A stretch of 64,000 nucleotides of DNA from Acidimicrobiales bacterium (GTDB lineage Bacteria; Actinomycetota; Acidimicrobiia; Acidimicrobiales; JACCXE01). Positions 9,440 through 17,651 of this stretch are shown here, one piece after another. The notes beneath the pieces were generated by a model. That model ran no database searches. It was given only the letters and a program-made list of their open reading frames with translations, and was not told the DNA's origin. The stretch spans positions 30,564-94,563 of the forward strand of contig DASZWD010000017.1 of the NCBI GenBank assembly GCA_035546775.1, given 5' to 3'. A program made the translations under genes and the position numbers. Numbering within the stretch: the stretch's first letter is position 1; the number at the start of each line of letters is the position of its first letter.

Positions 9440-9458
9440 TAGTTGCAAGGAGCCAACC

Positions 9459-10046
9459 ATGCCTTATGCCTTCCTCCAGTACGTCCCGGCGAACGCCGAG
9501 ATGTACGGCCAGATTCGGGCCAAGCTGGGCGACCGGCCCGAGGGTCTCATCACCCACATCGCCCACGTCGTCGACGGCGGTCTCCGTTACACCGACGTGT
9601 GGGACAGCGAGGAGGCGTGGGAACAGTGGCGCTGGAACACCCTCGAGCCCGCAGTCGGCGAGGTGCTGGCGAGCTACGGCCTCCCCCACTCCCACGACCT
9701 GGTGCGACTCGATCCGATCGACGTCGTCTCGACTTGGTTCGGCACGGGCAGCACCGCCAATGCGTACAGCTTCACGCTGCGGGTGCCCTCGACCCCGGAG
9801 ATGTACGCGGAGATCGAGGGCAAGCTCGGCGACGAACCGCCGCAAGGACTCGTCGCCCACATCGTGCGCGTGGTCGACGGCGGCCTCGAGTACATCGACG
9901 TGTGGGAGAGCCACGACCTGTGGCTCAAGTTCAAGAACGTCACCCTGGTCCCGACCGTGACCGAGGTGCTCGCCGGTCACGGCATCACCCACACCGACGA
10001 GGGCGTGACCTACGAGCCGATGGAGGTGCTCGACGTGTGGGCTTAG
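9459..10046 (+). CDS. Hypothetical protein with two internal repeats (ABM/dimeric alpha-beta barrel-like)
   Basis: SD AAGGAG before ATG 9459. Repeats EMYGQIRAKLGDRPEGLITHIAHVVDGGLRYTDVWDS and EMYAEIEGKLGDEPPQGLVAHIVRVVDGGLEYIDVWES. Confidence 0.8.
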   Translation: MPYAFLQYVPANAEMYGQIRAKLGDRPEGLITHIAHVVDGGLRYTDVWDSEEAWEQWRWNTLEPAVGEVLASYGLPHSHDLVRLDPIDVVSTWFGTGSTANAYSFTLRVPSTPEMYAEIEGKLGDEPPQGLVAHIVRVVDGGLEYIDVWESHDLWLKFKNVTLVPTVTEVLAGHGITHTDEGVTYEPMEVLDVWA

Positions 10047-10098
10047 AACCCGTGGTGGCACGGATGCGGCGAGCGCGGGGCCGGCGCACGCTGCGTTC

Positions 10099-10737
10099 AT
10101 GACCACTCGCAGGGCACTCGCAACCGCCGTGATGGCCGGACAGGCCGTGTTCGTACTCGGATGGATCGTCGGAGGTGCGATCGAGCGCCACGGATACTCG
10201 TTCGCCCGCCACGACGTCAGCGACCTCGGTGCAATGACGGCGCATCACCCCGGCCTCTATCTGGCGATCTGCGCCATCGGCGGGTTCAGCGCGGTTGCCT
10301 TCGGCCTCGGAGCCCTCTTCCCGACGTTCGGAGTCGGCGGCGTGCTGGCGGCGCTGTCACTGCCGGCGCTCGACTCGGCCAGCGACACCCTCTTCCGGCT
10401 CGACTGCCGCGCCGCCGACCACAGTTGCTCGATGAGCGACGCCGCCTCTTCGTGGCACGGCAAGGCGCACATCATCACGTTCCTGATCGCCGCGCTGGCC
10501 ACCATCGCCACGCCGTTCGTGCTGGCGAGGGCGATGAAGGCGCGAGATGCCTGGCGCGACCTGGCACGCCCGACGCGCATCTTCGGCGTCGTGTTCATCG
10601 CCGGCCTCGTCGTCAACGGGGTGACGACCGACACGGCGGTCGCCGGGCTCACCCAGCGCGCCCTGATCGTCTATGTGTGCGCCGGTCTGTGCTTGCTCGC
10701 TCGCCGGGTGCTACAGGTTGCCGATGGTGGCGTCTAA
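10099..10737 (+). CDS. DUF998-like membrane protein
   Basis: Several hydrophobic segments; YSFARHDVSDLGA, FRLDC...C...H, GLTQR pattern. Confidence 0.75.
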   Translation: MTTRRALATAVMAGQAVFVLGWIVGGAIERHGYSFARHDVSDLGAMTAHHPGLYLAICAIGGFSAVAFGLGALFPTFGVGGVLAALSLPALDSASDTLFRLDCRAADHSCSMSDAASSWHGKAHIITFLIAALATIATPFVLARAMKARDAWRDLARPTRIFGVVFIAGLVVNGVTTDTAVAGLTQRALIVYVCAGLCLLARRVLQVADGGV

Positions 10738-12096
10738 GTACGCCTCCATCGCGTTGATCGTCGCGTCGTCACCCCGCGACTTCTGCAAGATGTCGGTGAA
10801 CGCGTCGATCGAGAGGCCCATCTTGTCGACGTTCGACGCGAAGTTGCGCCGGGCGTTGACGAGCTTGCGGGGCACGAACTCCGTCGGCCACATGTCGGGC
10901 GCCGCCTGGTAGTCCTTCAGCACCTGCCGGGCGATGGTCACCTTGTGGACCTCGGAGGGTCCGTCCATGATCCCCATCATCATTCCGTAGCCCGTCCCGA
11001 GTTCCATCAGGTTCGACGTGCCGAGCGCACCGTGAAGGTGGAGGCACTTCTCCGACAGGTCGGTCAGTACTTCGGCGGCGAGGACCTTGCAGGCGCCGAT
11101 GTACTGGCGGGTCTGTCCCGTCGAGGACTGGTCGATGAGCCACGCCGTGTGCAGCACCATGAGCCGGAACTGCTGCACCTTGATCCAGCTATCGGCGATC
11201 ATCTCCTGCACCATCTGCTTCTTGGCGAGCAACTCGCCCTGCGTGGTGCGCGACAGGGCGCGCTCGCACATCATGTCGAACTGCTTCTGGGCCGCCGCCA
11301 CGCCGCGCATGGCGTGGTGGATGCGCCCGCCGCCGAGACGACGCTGCGCCACCTCGAACGCTTGGCCTTCGCCGCCGAGCAGGTTGTCGAGCGGCACGCG
11401 CACGTTGTCGTAGCGCACGTGGGCGTGGCCGCCTTCGTTGAACGGCTCGCCGCCAATGCCGATATTGGCGAGCACGTTGATCCCGGGCGTGTCGGCGGGG
11501 ACGAGGAACATCGACATGCCGCGATACGCGCTCACGTCGGGATTGGTCACCGCCATCACGATCAGGAACGACGCCGCTTGCAGGTTCGACGAGAAGAACT
11601 TCTCGCCGTTGATGACCCATTCGTCGCCGTCGCGCACGGCACGCGTCGTGAACATCGTCGGGTCGGAACCACCCTGAGGCTCGGTCATCGAGTAGCACGA
11701 GAACGCCTCGCCGTTGAGCAGCGGCTGGAGGTACTTGGCCTTCTGCTCGTCGGTGCCATAGTGGGCGATGATCTCGGCGTTGCCGGTGTCCGGTGCCTGG
11801 CAGCCGAAGATGATCGGGGCGAACGGCGAGCGCCCGAGGATCTCGTTCATGAGCGCCAGCTTCAACTGGCCGTAACCCTCACCACCGAGATCAGGACCGA
11901 GGTGGCACGCCCACAGCTTGCGGTCCTTCACTTCCTGCTTCAGGCGTTCGACGACGCCCTTGAGCGGTTCTTCGAGAGGCTGATACGCGAACTCGCGAAA
12001 CAGGATGTCGAGCGGCTCGATCTCGGTGCGAACGAACTCGTCCATCCAGTCGAGCTGCGCCTGGAACTCATCGTCGGTCTTGAAGTCCCACGCCAT
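10711..12096 (-). CDS. Acyl-CoA dehydrogenase
   Basis: APDTGNAEI, SCYSMTEPQGGSD, GGGRIHHAMR, MDGPSEVHK. Confidence 0.93.
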   Translation of the reverse strand: MAWDFKTDDEFQAQLDWMDEFVRTEIEPLDILFREFAYQPLEEPLKGVVERLKQEVKDRKLWACHLGPDLGGEGYGQLKLALMNEILGRSPFAPIIFGCQAPDTGNAEIIAHYGTDEQKAKYLQPLLNGEAFSCYSMTEPQGGSDPTMFTTRAVRDGDEWVINGEKFFSSNLQAASFLIVMAVTNPDVSAYRGMSMFLVPADTPGINVLANIGIGGEPFNEGGHAHVRYDNVRVPLDNLLGGEGQAFEVAQRRLGGGRIHHAMRGVAAAQKQFDMMCERALSRTTQGELLAKKQMVQEMIADSWIKVQQFRLMVLHTAWLIDQSSTGQTRQYIGACKVLAAEVLTDLSEKCLHLHGALGTSNLMELGTGYGMMMGIMDGPSEVHKVTIARQVLKDYQAAPDMWPTEFVPRKLVNARRNFASNVDKMGLSIDAFTDILQKSRGDDATINAMEAYLDATIGNL

Positions 12097-12106
12097 GGGA
12101 TCGACG

Positions 12107-13267
12107 TTATCGCCGGAGTTCGTACAGCTGGACGGGATCGCTCACGCCGCGGAGGGCGGCCTGTCCCAATGGTACGAAGGTGAACGCGTCGGCGCTGGCG
12201 TGCGCCACGACCGAATCTGTCGCGACAACCGAACCGGGCGCCGCGGCCTTGCCGGCGCGGGCAGCAACGATCACGGTCGGACCGAAGTAGTCACCATCGC
12301 GCGGGAACACCGTCCCGAAAGCAACGCCGCCGCGAGCCTGCGGCAGTCGGGATTCCGCGGCGACGGCCTCACAGAGTTCGACGGCGACCGTCGCCACGGC
12401 GGTCGGTTCGAACCCGACGAACATCGCGTCGTCACCGTTGGTCTTCACCAACCGACAGCCGTGTTCGGTGGCAAGCGTGTTGGCCAACCGCTCGAACTCG
12501 TTCAGCGCGCCGCGCAGTTCGCCACGCGTTGCCTGCTCCGTCCACGCCGTCGAGGCGACGAGGTCGACGAACGCGACGGCGACGTCGAGGCTCGCAATGT
12601 CAAGGCGCTGCGGATCGGTCGGCACCATGACGTCGGCAAGGCGGTTCACGTGCTCGAAAAACGCGCGCGTGAACGCGGCCGGAATCAGCGGCAGGGCGCC
12701 GGTGGCCTGTTGGTTCGTGCGCAACATCGCCAACTCGCCGCCCGGCGTGTCCATGAGGCTCGCCGCCAAATCCGTGAACACGACCGCCCGGGATGCTTCG
12801 GCGAGGCGAATGGCGGTTGATCCGACAACCCGCACCAGACCCAGGATCGCTTCCTCGCCGAAGAGCGCGGCGCCGAACGCAACCCCGACCATGTCGTCGA
12901 CGAACGGGCCGGGAATCACGCGGGCATCGGGATCGTCGTCGCGGAAACCGAGTTCGGCGCGCACCCGCATGACCAGGTCGACGGGTACGCCGGCGCGCGC
13001 CGCGATCTCGGTGGCCGACAGACGGTCCCGCGAGATGAGGACGTCGACGATGGAACCGCGCGGAGATCCTTCGGGCGCCGCCTGCAGTTGCTCGATAAGC
13101 CCGTTGAGTCCTTGGGCGGCGAACGTCGCTTCGATCTGGGCCTGCGACGAGCCATGTTCGAAGAGATACGTGACCAACTCGAGGCGGTCGGCGGCGCGCG
13201 GTGATGCGGGGTCGTAAACGCCGGAGGCGATCAACCGGTCGACGTCGAGCGACGGTTCGCCGGCCAT
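12107..13267 (-). CDS. Class III adenylate/guanylate cyclase domain protein with an N-terminal regulatory region
   Basis: AFVDLVAST, LVKTNGDDAMF, RGGVAFG...GDYFGPTVIVAAR. Confidence 0.85.
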   Translation of the reverse strand: MAGEPSLDVDRLIASGVYDPASPRAADRLELVTYLFEHGSSQAQIEATFAAQGLNGLIEQLQAAPEGSPRGSIVDVLISRDRLSATEIAARAGVPVDLVMRVRAELGFRDDDPDARVIPGPFVDDMVGVAFGAALFGEEAILGLVRVVGSTAIRLAEASRAVVFTDLAASLMDTPGGELAMLRTNQQATGALPLIPAAFTRAFFEHVNRLADVMVPTDPQRLDIASLDVAVAFVDLVASTAWTEQATRGELRGALNEFERLANTLATEHGCRLVKTNGDDAMFVGFEPTAVATVAVELCEAVAAESRLPQARGGVAFGTVFPRDGDYFGPTVIVAARAGKAAAPGSVVATDSVVAHASADAFTFVPLGQAALRGVSDPVQLYELRR

Positions 13268-13290
13268 GCGCGAACAGTAGATTGCCGAGC

Positions 13291-14085
13291 GTGTTCGGGC
13301 TGCCAGAGCTGATCAAGTGCCTCGAGACCGGTGACAACCTCGACATCGGTTATCACCGCGTGTTCGGCGGCCAGATCCTCGCCCAGATGATCACCGCGGC
13401 GGCGAAGGCGTCACCCGACAAAGTGGTGAAGTCGATTCACGTGCTGTTCCCTCGCGAGGGCGATACGTCCAAGCGCATGGAATACGCCGTGGACAAGGTG
13501 CAGGACGGTCGCACGTTCGGCACGACGTCGATCACCGCCACGCAGGACGGCAAGGTCATCAGCGTGGCGACGGTCTCGCTGCACGCCGTCGAGGAGTCGC
13601 CGTTGCACCGCAGCGACTCGCCGCCGGCGGGTGTCGGCACTCCCACGCAGGCGATCGAGATCGAGAACAACATGATCCCGTGGGAGTTGCGCGTCGTGGG
13701 CGGCGTCGACCTCGCCGCCAAGGAGAAGGGGCCCGCCGAGTACCAGATGTGGATGCGGGCGACGGGCGCCGCTGGCCAGCCCCTCGCCGTGCAGCAGGCG
13801 CTGCTGGCTCACGCCACGGATCTCACCATCATCGGCACCGCGCTGCGTCCCTTCGAGGGCGTGTCGCAGGCCGACTCCACGGTGACGCTGCACACGGCCG
13901 TGACCTCCCACAGTGTGTGGTTCCACCAGTCGTTCTCGCTCGAAGACTGGGTGCTGCTGGCGCAGACGTCGCCGGTGGTCGCCGGCGGGCGCGCCTTCGG
14001 CCGCGGCGACGTGTTCAGCGCAAAGGGAGAGGTGGTTGCGTCGTTTGCGCAGGAGTCGATGGTCCGCCCGATTCCGGCGAGCTGA
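13291..14085 (+). CDS. tesB: Acyl-CoA thioesterase II family
   Basis: VFGGQILAQ, KSIHVLF, QDGRTF, TSHSVWFH, VASFAQE. GTG 13291 lies 7 nt after a TAGATT -10-like box. Confidence 0.85.
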   Translation: MFGLPELIKCLETGDNLDIGYHRVFGGQILAQMITAAAKASPDKVVKSIHVLFPREGDTSKRMEYAVDKVQDGRTFGTTSITATQDGKVISVATVSLHAVEESPLHRSDSPPAGVGTPTQAIEIENNMIPWELRVVGGVDLAAKEKGPAEYQMWMRATGAAGQPLAVQQALLAHATDLTIIGTALRPFEGVSQADSTVTLHTAVTSHSVWFHQSFSLEDWVLLAQTSPVVAGGRAFGRGDVFSAKGEVVASFAQESMVRPIPAS

Positions 14086-15298
14086 CGCGCCGTCGCAGCA
14101 GTAGCCAACTCCCGACGAACAACGCCGCGCACCAGGCGGCCAACGGCAGCGACCGAGGACCGCGCAGCCCGACGGTTGCTCCCCCGGCCACCGCCAGCGC
14201 GACGCCGAGCGCAACCTGAAGCTGCGGCGGCGCCGTGTCCGCATGCGACCGGCGCCGCAGCTGCGCCCGCACACCCGACGTCGCCAGCACGAACAGCGTC
14301 GCCAGACCCAACACGGCCGCGTACCACAGCGGCCGCGTCAGCCACCACAGCGCCGTCAGGCGTGTCGGCGCCGGGAAGCCGGCCGCCAACACGGCGCCAC
14401 ACAGCGAAAGCGCTGTGAGGTGCCAGGCGTAGATGCCGAGCGACAACTCGCCGGCGCGGTCCCACACCCGCCGCCAGCGCGCGCCGATACCGTCGAGCCA
14501 CGTTCCGAGCGCCATCAGCGCCCCGACCTGTCCGATAGCGGCGACGCACGTGTACAGACCCGGCGGCGTCGTGTTCGAACGCGCACGCGGGACCGCGTCG
14601 ATCAGCGCGGGGGCGTACCCGAACCCAAGCACGAGCACGGTCCCGACAACCACGGCGCCGGCCATGAGCGCCAAGCCCACGCGGCGTTCGTCGAACCCAC
14701 CCGCTTCGTGGCGCGCCCGCCACCACCCGCCGAGCAGCCACGGTGTACCCCACACCAGGTAAAAGCCGATCCAGCCGATCCACTCGGGCGCACCGAGAGT
14801 GATCCGCGCCACGTCGAGCGCCGCGAGCGTGGCGAGGGCGATCGTCACCGCCGCGAGGGCGTGGTCGCGGCCGAGACGGCCCAGCCGGGCGCCGAGCGGC
14901 ACGAGCGGCGCGTAGCCGGCGACGAACCACAGCGGCTGGGTGGCGATGCGGGCACCGTCACCGAACACTCCGGCGTGCCCATTGAGGCCGACGGCGATCC
15001 CGACGCCCACCGACCACGTCGCCACCACGACCGCGCCGAGACCGAGCAGCGCCGAGAGCCGCGCCGACGCTGTCTCGAGCGACGACGTCACGTGCGCCCA
15101 CCCCGCGGCGGCGAAGAACACCGGCATCGGCGCCAGCGCGGCGACGAACGCCCAAGCGGGGTGCAGCGCCAGGAGGTTGGCGCCGCGGATGTGACCGTGC
15201 GGGCGGTCGATCACCGCGAGCGTCAGATGGCCGAGCACGACGATGATCAGCGCACTGACGCGCGCCACGTCGATTGCGTTGCGCCTCACCGCCTCCAT
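14015..15298 (-). CDS. Acyltransferase family 3 membrane protein
   Basis: RRNAIDVARVSALIIVVLGH, MPVFFAAAG, LWFVAGY; about ten hydrophobic segments. Confidence 0.82.
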   Translation of the reverse strand: MEAVRRNAIDVARVSALIIVVLGHLTLAVIDRPHGHIRGANLLALHPAWAFVAALAPMPVFFAAAGWAHVTSSLETASARLSALLGLGAVVVATWSVGVGIAVGLNGHAGVFGDGARIATQPLWFVAGYAPLVPLGARLGRLGRDHALAAVTIALATLAALDVARITLGAPEWIGWIGFYLVWGTPWLLGGWWRARHEAGGFDERRVGLALMAGAVVVGTVLVLGFGYAPALIDAVPRARSNTTPPGLYTCVAAIGQVGALMALGTWLDGIGARWRRVWDRAGELSLGIYAWHLTALSLCGAVLAAGFPAPTRLTALWWLTRPLWYAAVLGLATLFVLATSGVRAQLRRRSHADTAPPQLQVALGVALAVAGGATVGLRGPRSLPLAAWCAALFVGSWLLLRRRVSSPESGGPSTPAQTTQPPLPLR

Positions 15299-15328
15299 TT
15301 GTAACGAAGTCGGAGCGTCCCGGGACGG
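15298..15328 (+). promoter_or_regulatory. Putative ECF sigma promoter (autoregulatory, leaderless)
   Basis: TTTGTAACG-N16-GGACGG-N6-GTG; identical architecture at 16207-16237. Confidence 0.75.
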
Positions 15329-15334
15329 AATCGC

Positions 15335-15937
15335 GTGGTTGTTCTAGCGTTCGCGTTGGTGGATGCGGACGCCACTCTCGTGGAGAAGATGCGGGCGGGC
15401 GACGAGGCCGCGTTCCGTGAGATCGTCGCGCGCTATCAGGACCGGTTGCTGCGCCTGGCCCAAGCGACCGTCGGCAGCCGCGCCGTAGCCCAGGAGGTCA
15501 CGCAGGACACGTGGCTGGCCGTGCTGCGCGGTGTCGACCGCTTCGAGGGCCGCAGCACGTTCAAGACGTGGCTGTTCAACATCTTGATGAACCGGGCGCG
15601 CACCGCGGCGCACAAGGAAACCCGCGCGGGCCGTCCGGACGAGACCGTCGGCGACGAACGGTTCGACCAGAACGGCGCATGGGTCAACCCGCCCGAACCG
15701 TGGTCCGATCGCGTCGACGACCGCCTGGTGGCCAACGACCTCGCCCATCGGTTGCGCGACTTGCTGCCGCAACTGCCCGACCAGCAACGCGCCGTCATCA
15801 TCATGCGCGATGTGGAGGGCCTGTCCGCCGTCGCCGTGACCGAAATGCTCGGTGTGACCGAAGGCAACCAGCGCGTGCTCCTGCACCGGGGACGCGCGAA
15901 ACTGCGCGCCCTGCTCAACGAGGAGTTCGCGTCGTGA
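15335..15937 (+). CDS. ECF RNA polymerase sigma factor
   Basis: GDEAAFREIV, AQEVTQDTWL, FEGRSTFKTWLFNILMNRAR, LPDQQRAVIIMRDVEGLS...VTEGNQRVLLHRGR. Confidence 0.95.
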   Translation: MVVLAFALVDADATLVEKMRAGDEAAFREIVARYQDRLLRLAQATVGSRAVAQEVTQDTWLAVLRGVDRFEGRSTFKTWLFNILMNRARTAAHKETRAGRPDETVGDERFDQNGAWVNPPEPWSDRVDDRLVANDLAHRLRDLLPQLPDQQRAVIIMRDVEGLSAVAVTEMLGVTEGNQRVLLHRGRAKLRALLNEEFAS

Positions 15938-16200
15938 CGTCGCTCTTCCGCCGCCGCCGCCGTGATCTCGTCTGCCGCGAGGCCGTGGCGCTCATGACCG
16001 ACTACCTCGATGGGCAGCTGTCGCCCGTCGACGCCGCCCGCCTCGAAGGGCATCTCGCCGCCTGCCCGCACTGCTCGGAGTACCTGGCGCAGATTCGGGT
16101 CACCGTCGACGCCCTCGGCTACGTGACGCCCGACGACTTGAGTGACGACGCGGTAAATGATCTCGTTGGCCTCTATCGCCGCTGGCAGTCCGAGGAGTAA
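15934..16200 (+). CDS. Soluble zf-HC2 (ZAS) anti-sigma factor
   Basis: GTGA overlap with the sigma stop. LVCREAVALMTDYLDG...HLAACPHC (HxxxCxxC); no TM segment. Confidence 0.9.
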   Translation: MTSLFRRRRRDLVCREAVALMTDYLDGQLSPVDAARLEGHLAACPHCSEYLAQIRVTVDALGYVTPDDLSDDAVNDLVGLYRRWQSEE

Positions 16201-16206
16201 ACCGGC

Positions 16207-16237
16207 TTTGTAACGCGCGCTCGTCGGTCAAGGACGG
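16207..16237 (+). promoter_or_regulatory. Putative ECF sigma promoter (leaderless) for the flavodoxin-like gene
   Basis: TTTGTAACG-N16-GGACGG-N6-ATG(16244). Confidence 0.75.
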
Positions 16238-16243
16238 TGCGAC

Positions 16244-16990
16244 ATGGCGCTTAACGCAAAGCAAGAAGAGTTGTGCTCACAGAGTCAGTGGGACTTCTCC
16301 GGCCTGTCCGCCCTCTTCATCAACTGCACACTCAAGAAGTCGCCCGAGGTCTCCAATACGCAGGGACTCATCGACATCGCCGGCGAGATCATGACGCGCC
16401 AGGGCGTCTCGGTCGAAGAAATCCGCGCGGTCGACCACGACATCGCGACCGGTGTCTGGCCCGACATGACCGAGCACGGTTGGGCCAAGGACGACTGGCC
16501 GATGATCCATGAACGCGTGATGGCCACCGACATCCTCGTGGTGTGCACGCCGATCTGGCTCGGTGAGAAGTCGTCGGTGTGCAACCGCGTCATCGAGCGC
16601 CTGTACGGCAACTCGTCGCTGCTGAACGAGAACGGTCAGTACGCGTACTACGGCCGCGTCGGCGGCTGCCTCATCACCGGCAACGAGGACGGCGTGAAGC
16701 ACTGCGCCATGAACATCCTGTATTCGCTTCAGCACCTCGGCTACGTGATCCCGCCCCAGGCCGACGCCGGGTGGATCGGCGAGGCGGGCCCCGGCCCGTC
16801 GTATCTCGACCCGGGCAGCGGCGGGCCCGAGAACGACTTCACCAATCGCAACACCACGTTCATGGCCTGGAACCTGATGCACGTAGCCCGCATCCTCAAA
16901 GACGCCGGCGGCATTCCCGCCCACGGCAACCAGCGCGCCGCGTGGGACGCCGGGTGCCGCTTCGACTTCCCCAATCCCGAGTACCGCTAG
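16244..16990 (+). CDS. Flavodoxin-family / NAD(P)H-dependent FMN reductase-like protein
   Basis: FINCTLKKSPEVSNT (phosphate loop), TPIWLGEKSS, ITGNEDG. Confidence 0.88.
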   Translation: MALNAKQEELCSQSQWDFSGLSALFINCTLKKSPEVSNTQGLIDIAGEIMTRQGVSVEEIRAVDHDIATGVWPDMTEHGWAKDDWPMIHERVMATDILVVCTPIWLGEKSSVCNRVIERLYGNSSLLNENGQYAYYGRVGGCLITGNEDGVKHCAMNILYSLQHLGYVIPPQADAGWIGEAGPGPSYLDPGSGGPENDFTNRNTTFMAWNLMHVARILKDAGGIPAHGNQRAAWDAGCRFDFPNPEYR

Positions 16991-17006
16991 CCAAGGAGGA
17001 CCCCGC

Positions 17007-17600
17007 ATGTTCGTGCAAGTCATCACCGGAGAGACCACGGATCCCGCCGCGGTGCGGGCGCTGGGCGAGAAGTGGCAGCGAGAACTGCGTCCCGGCGCGG
17101 TCGGTTACCTCGGCAGCACCATCGGTACCGCGGCCGACGGCACGTTCGTGGCCGCCATCCAGTTCACCGACGACGTCGCCGCCAAGGAGAACTCGGAGCG
17201 CCCCGAGCAGGACGCCTTCTTCAAGGAGATGTCGCAACTCTTCGACGGCCAGCCGACGTTCCGCGAGTCGAACGACACATCGCTGCTCTTCGACGGTCCG
17301 AGCGCCAAGGCTGGCTTCGTGCAGGTGATGCAGAGCACGTGCACCGACCGCGCCAAGGCCGAAGCCATGGAGTCGAACGAGTTACTCGACGCCCTGCGCG
17401 CCGCCCGCCCCGACCTGCTCGGCGGCCTGCGGTTGTGGGACGGGAACCAGTCGATCGAGATCGCGTACTTCACCAGCGAAGCCGACGCTCGCGCCGCCGA
17501 GAAGTCCGAGGCGTTCGACGCGCCGCAACAGGACTTCTCGTCGCTGTACGAGAACACGACCTACATCGACCTGCCCAACCCGCAGATCCACCTGGCCTAG
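17007..17600 (+). CDS. Hypothetical protein with two ABM-like repeats
   Basis: SD AAGGAGG; MFVQVITGETTD... repeated as GFVQVMQSTCTD... Confidence 0.78.
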   Translation: MFVQVITGETTDPAAVRALGEKWQRELRPGAVGYLGSTIGTAADGTFVAAIQFTDDVAAKENSERPEQDAFFKEMSQLFDGQPTFRESNDTSLLFDGPSAKAGFVQVMQSTCTDRAKAEAMESNELLDALRAARPDLLGGLRLWDGNQSIEIAYFTSEADARAAEKSEAFDAPQQDFSSLYENTTYIDLPNPQIHLA

Positions 17601-17651
17601 CGACCGTCGCGTTCGGAGCCGTGACGGCTGAATAAGCCGTACGCTGCGGGC

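Noticed and set aside
14015-14085. 3'-end overlaps of convergent genes (also 10711-10737, 20764-20777, 56713-56771, 59493-59515)
   Set aside because: These are common in compact high-GC genomes, and nothing suggests functional dual coding.
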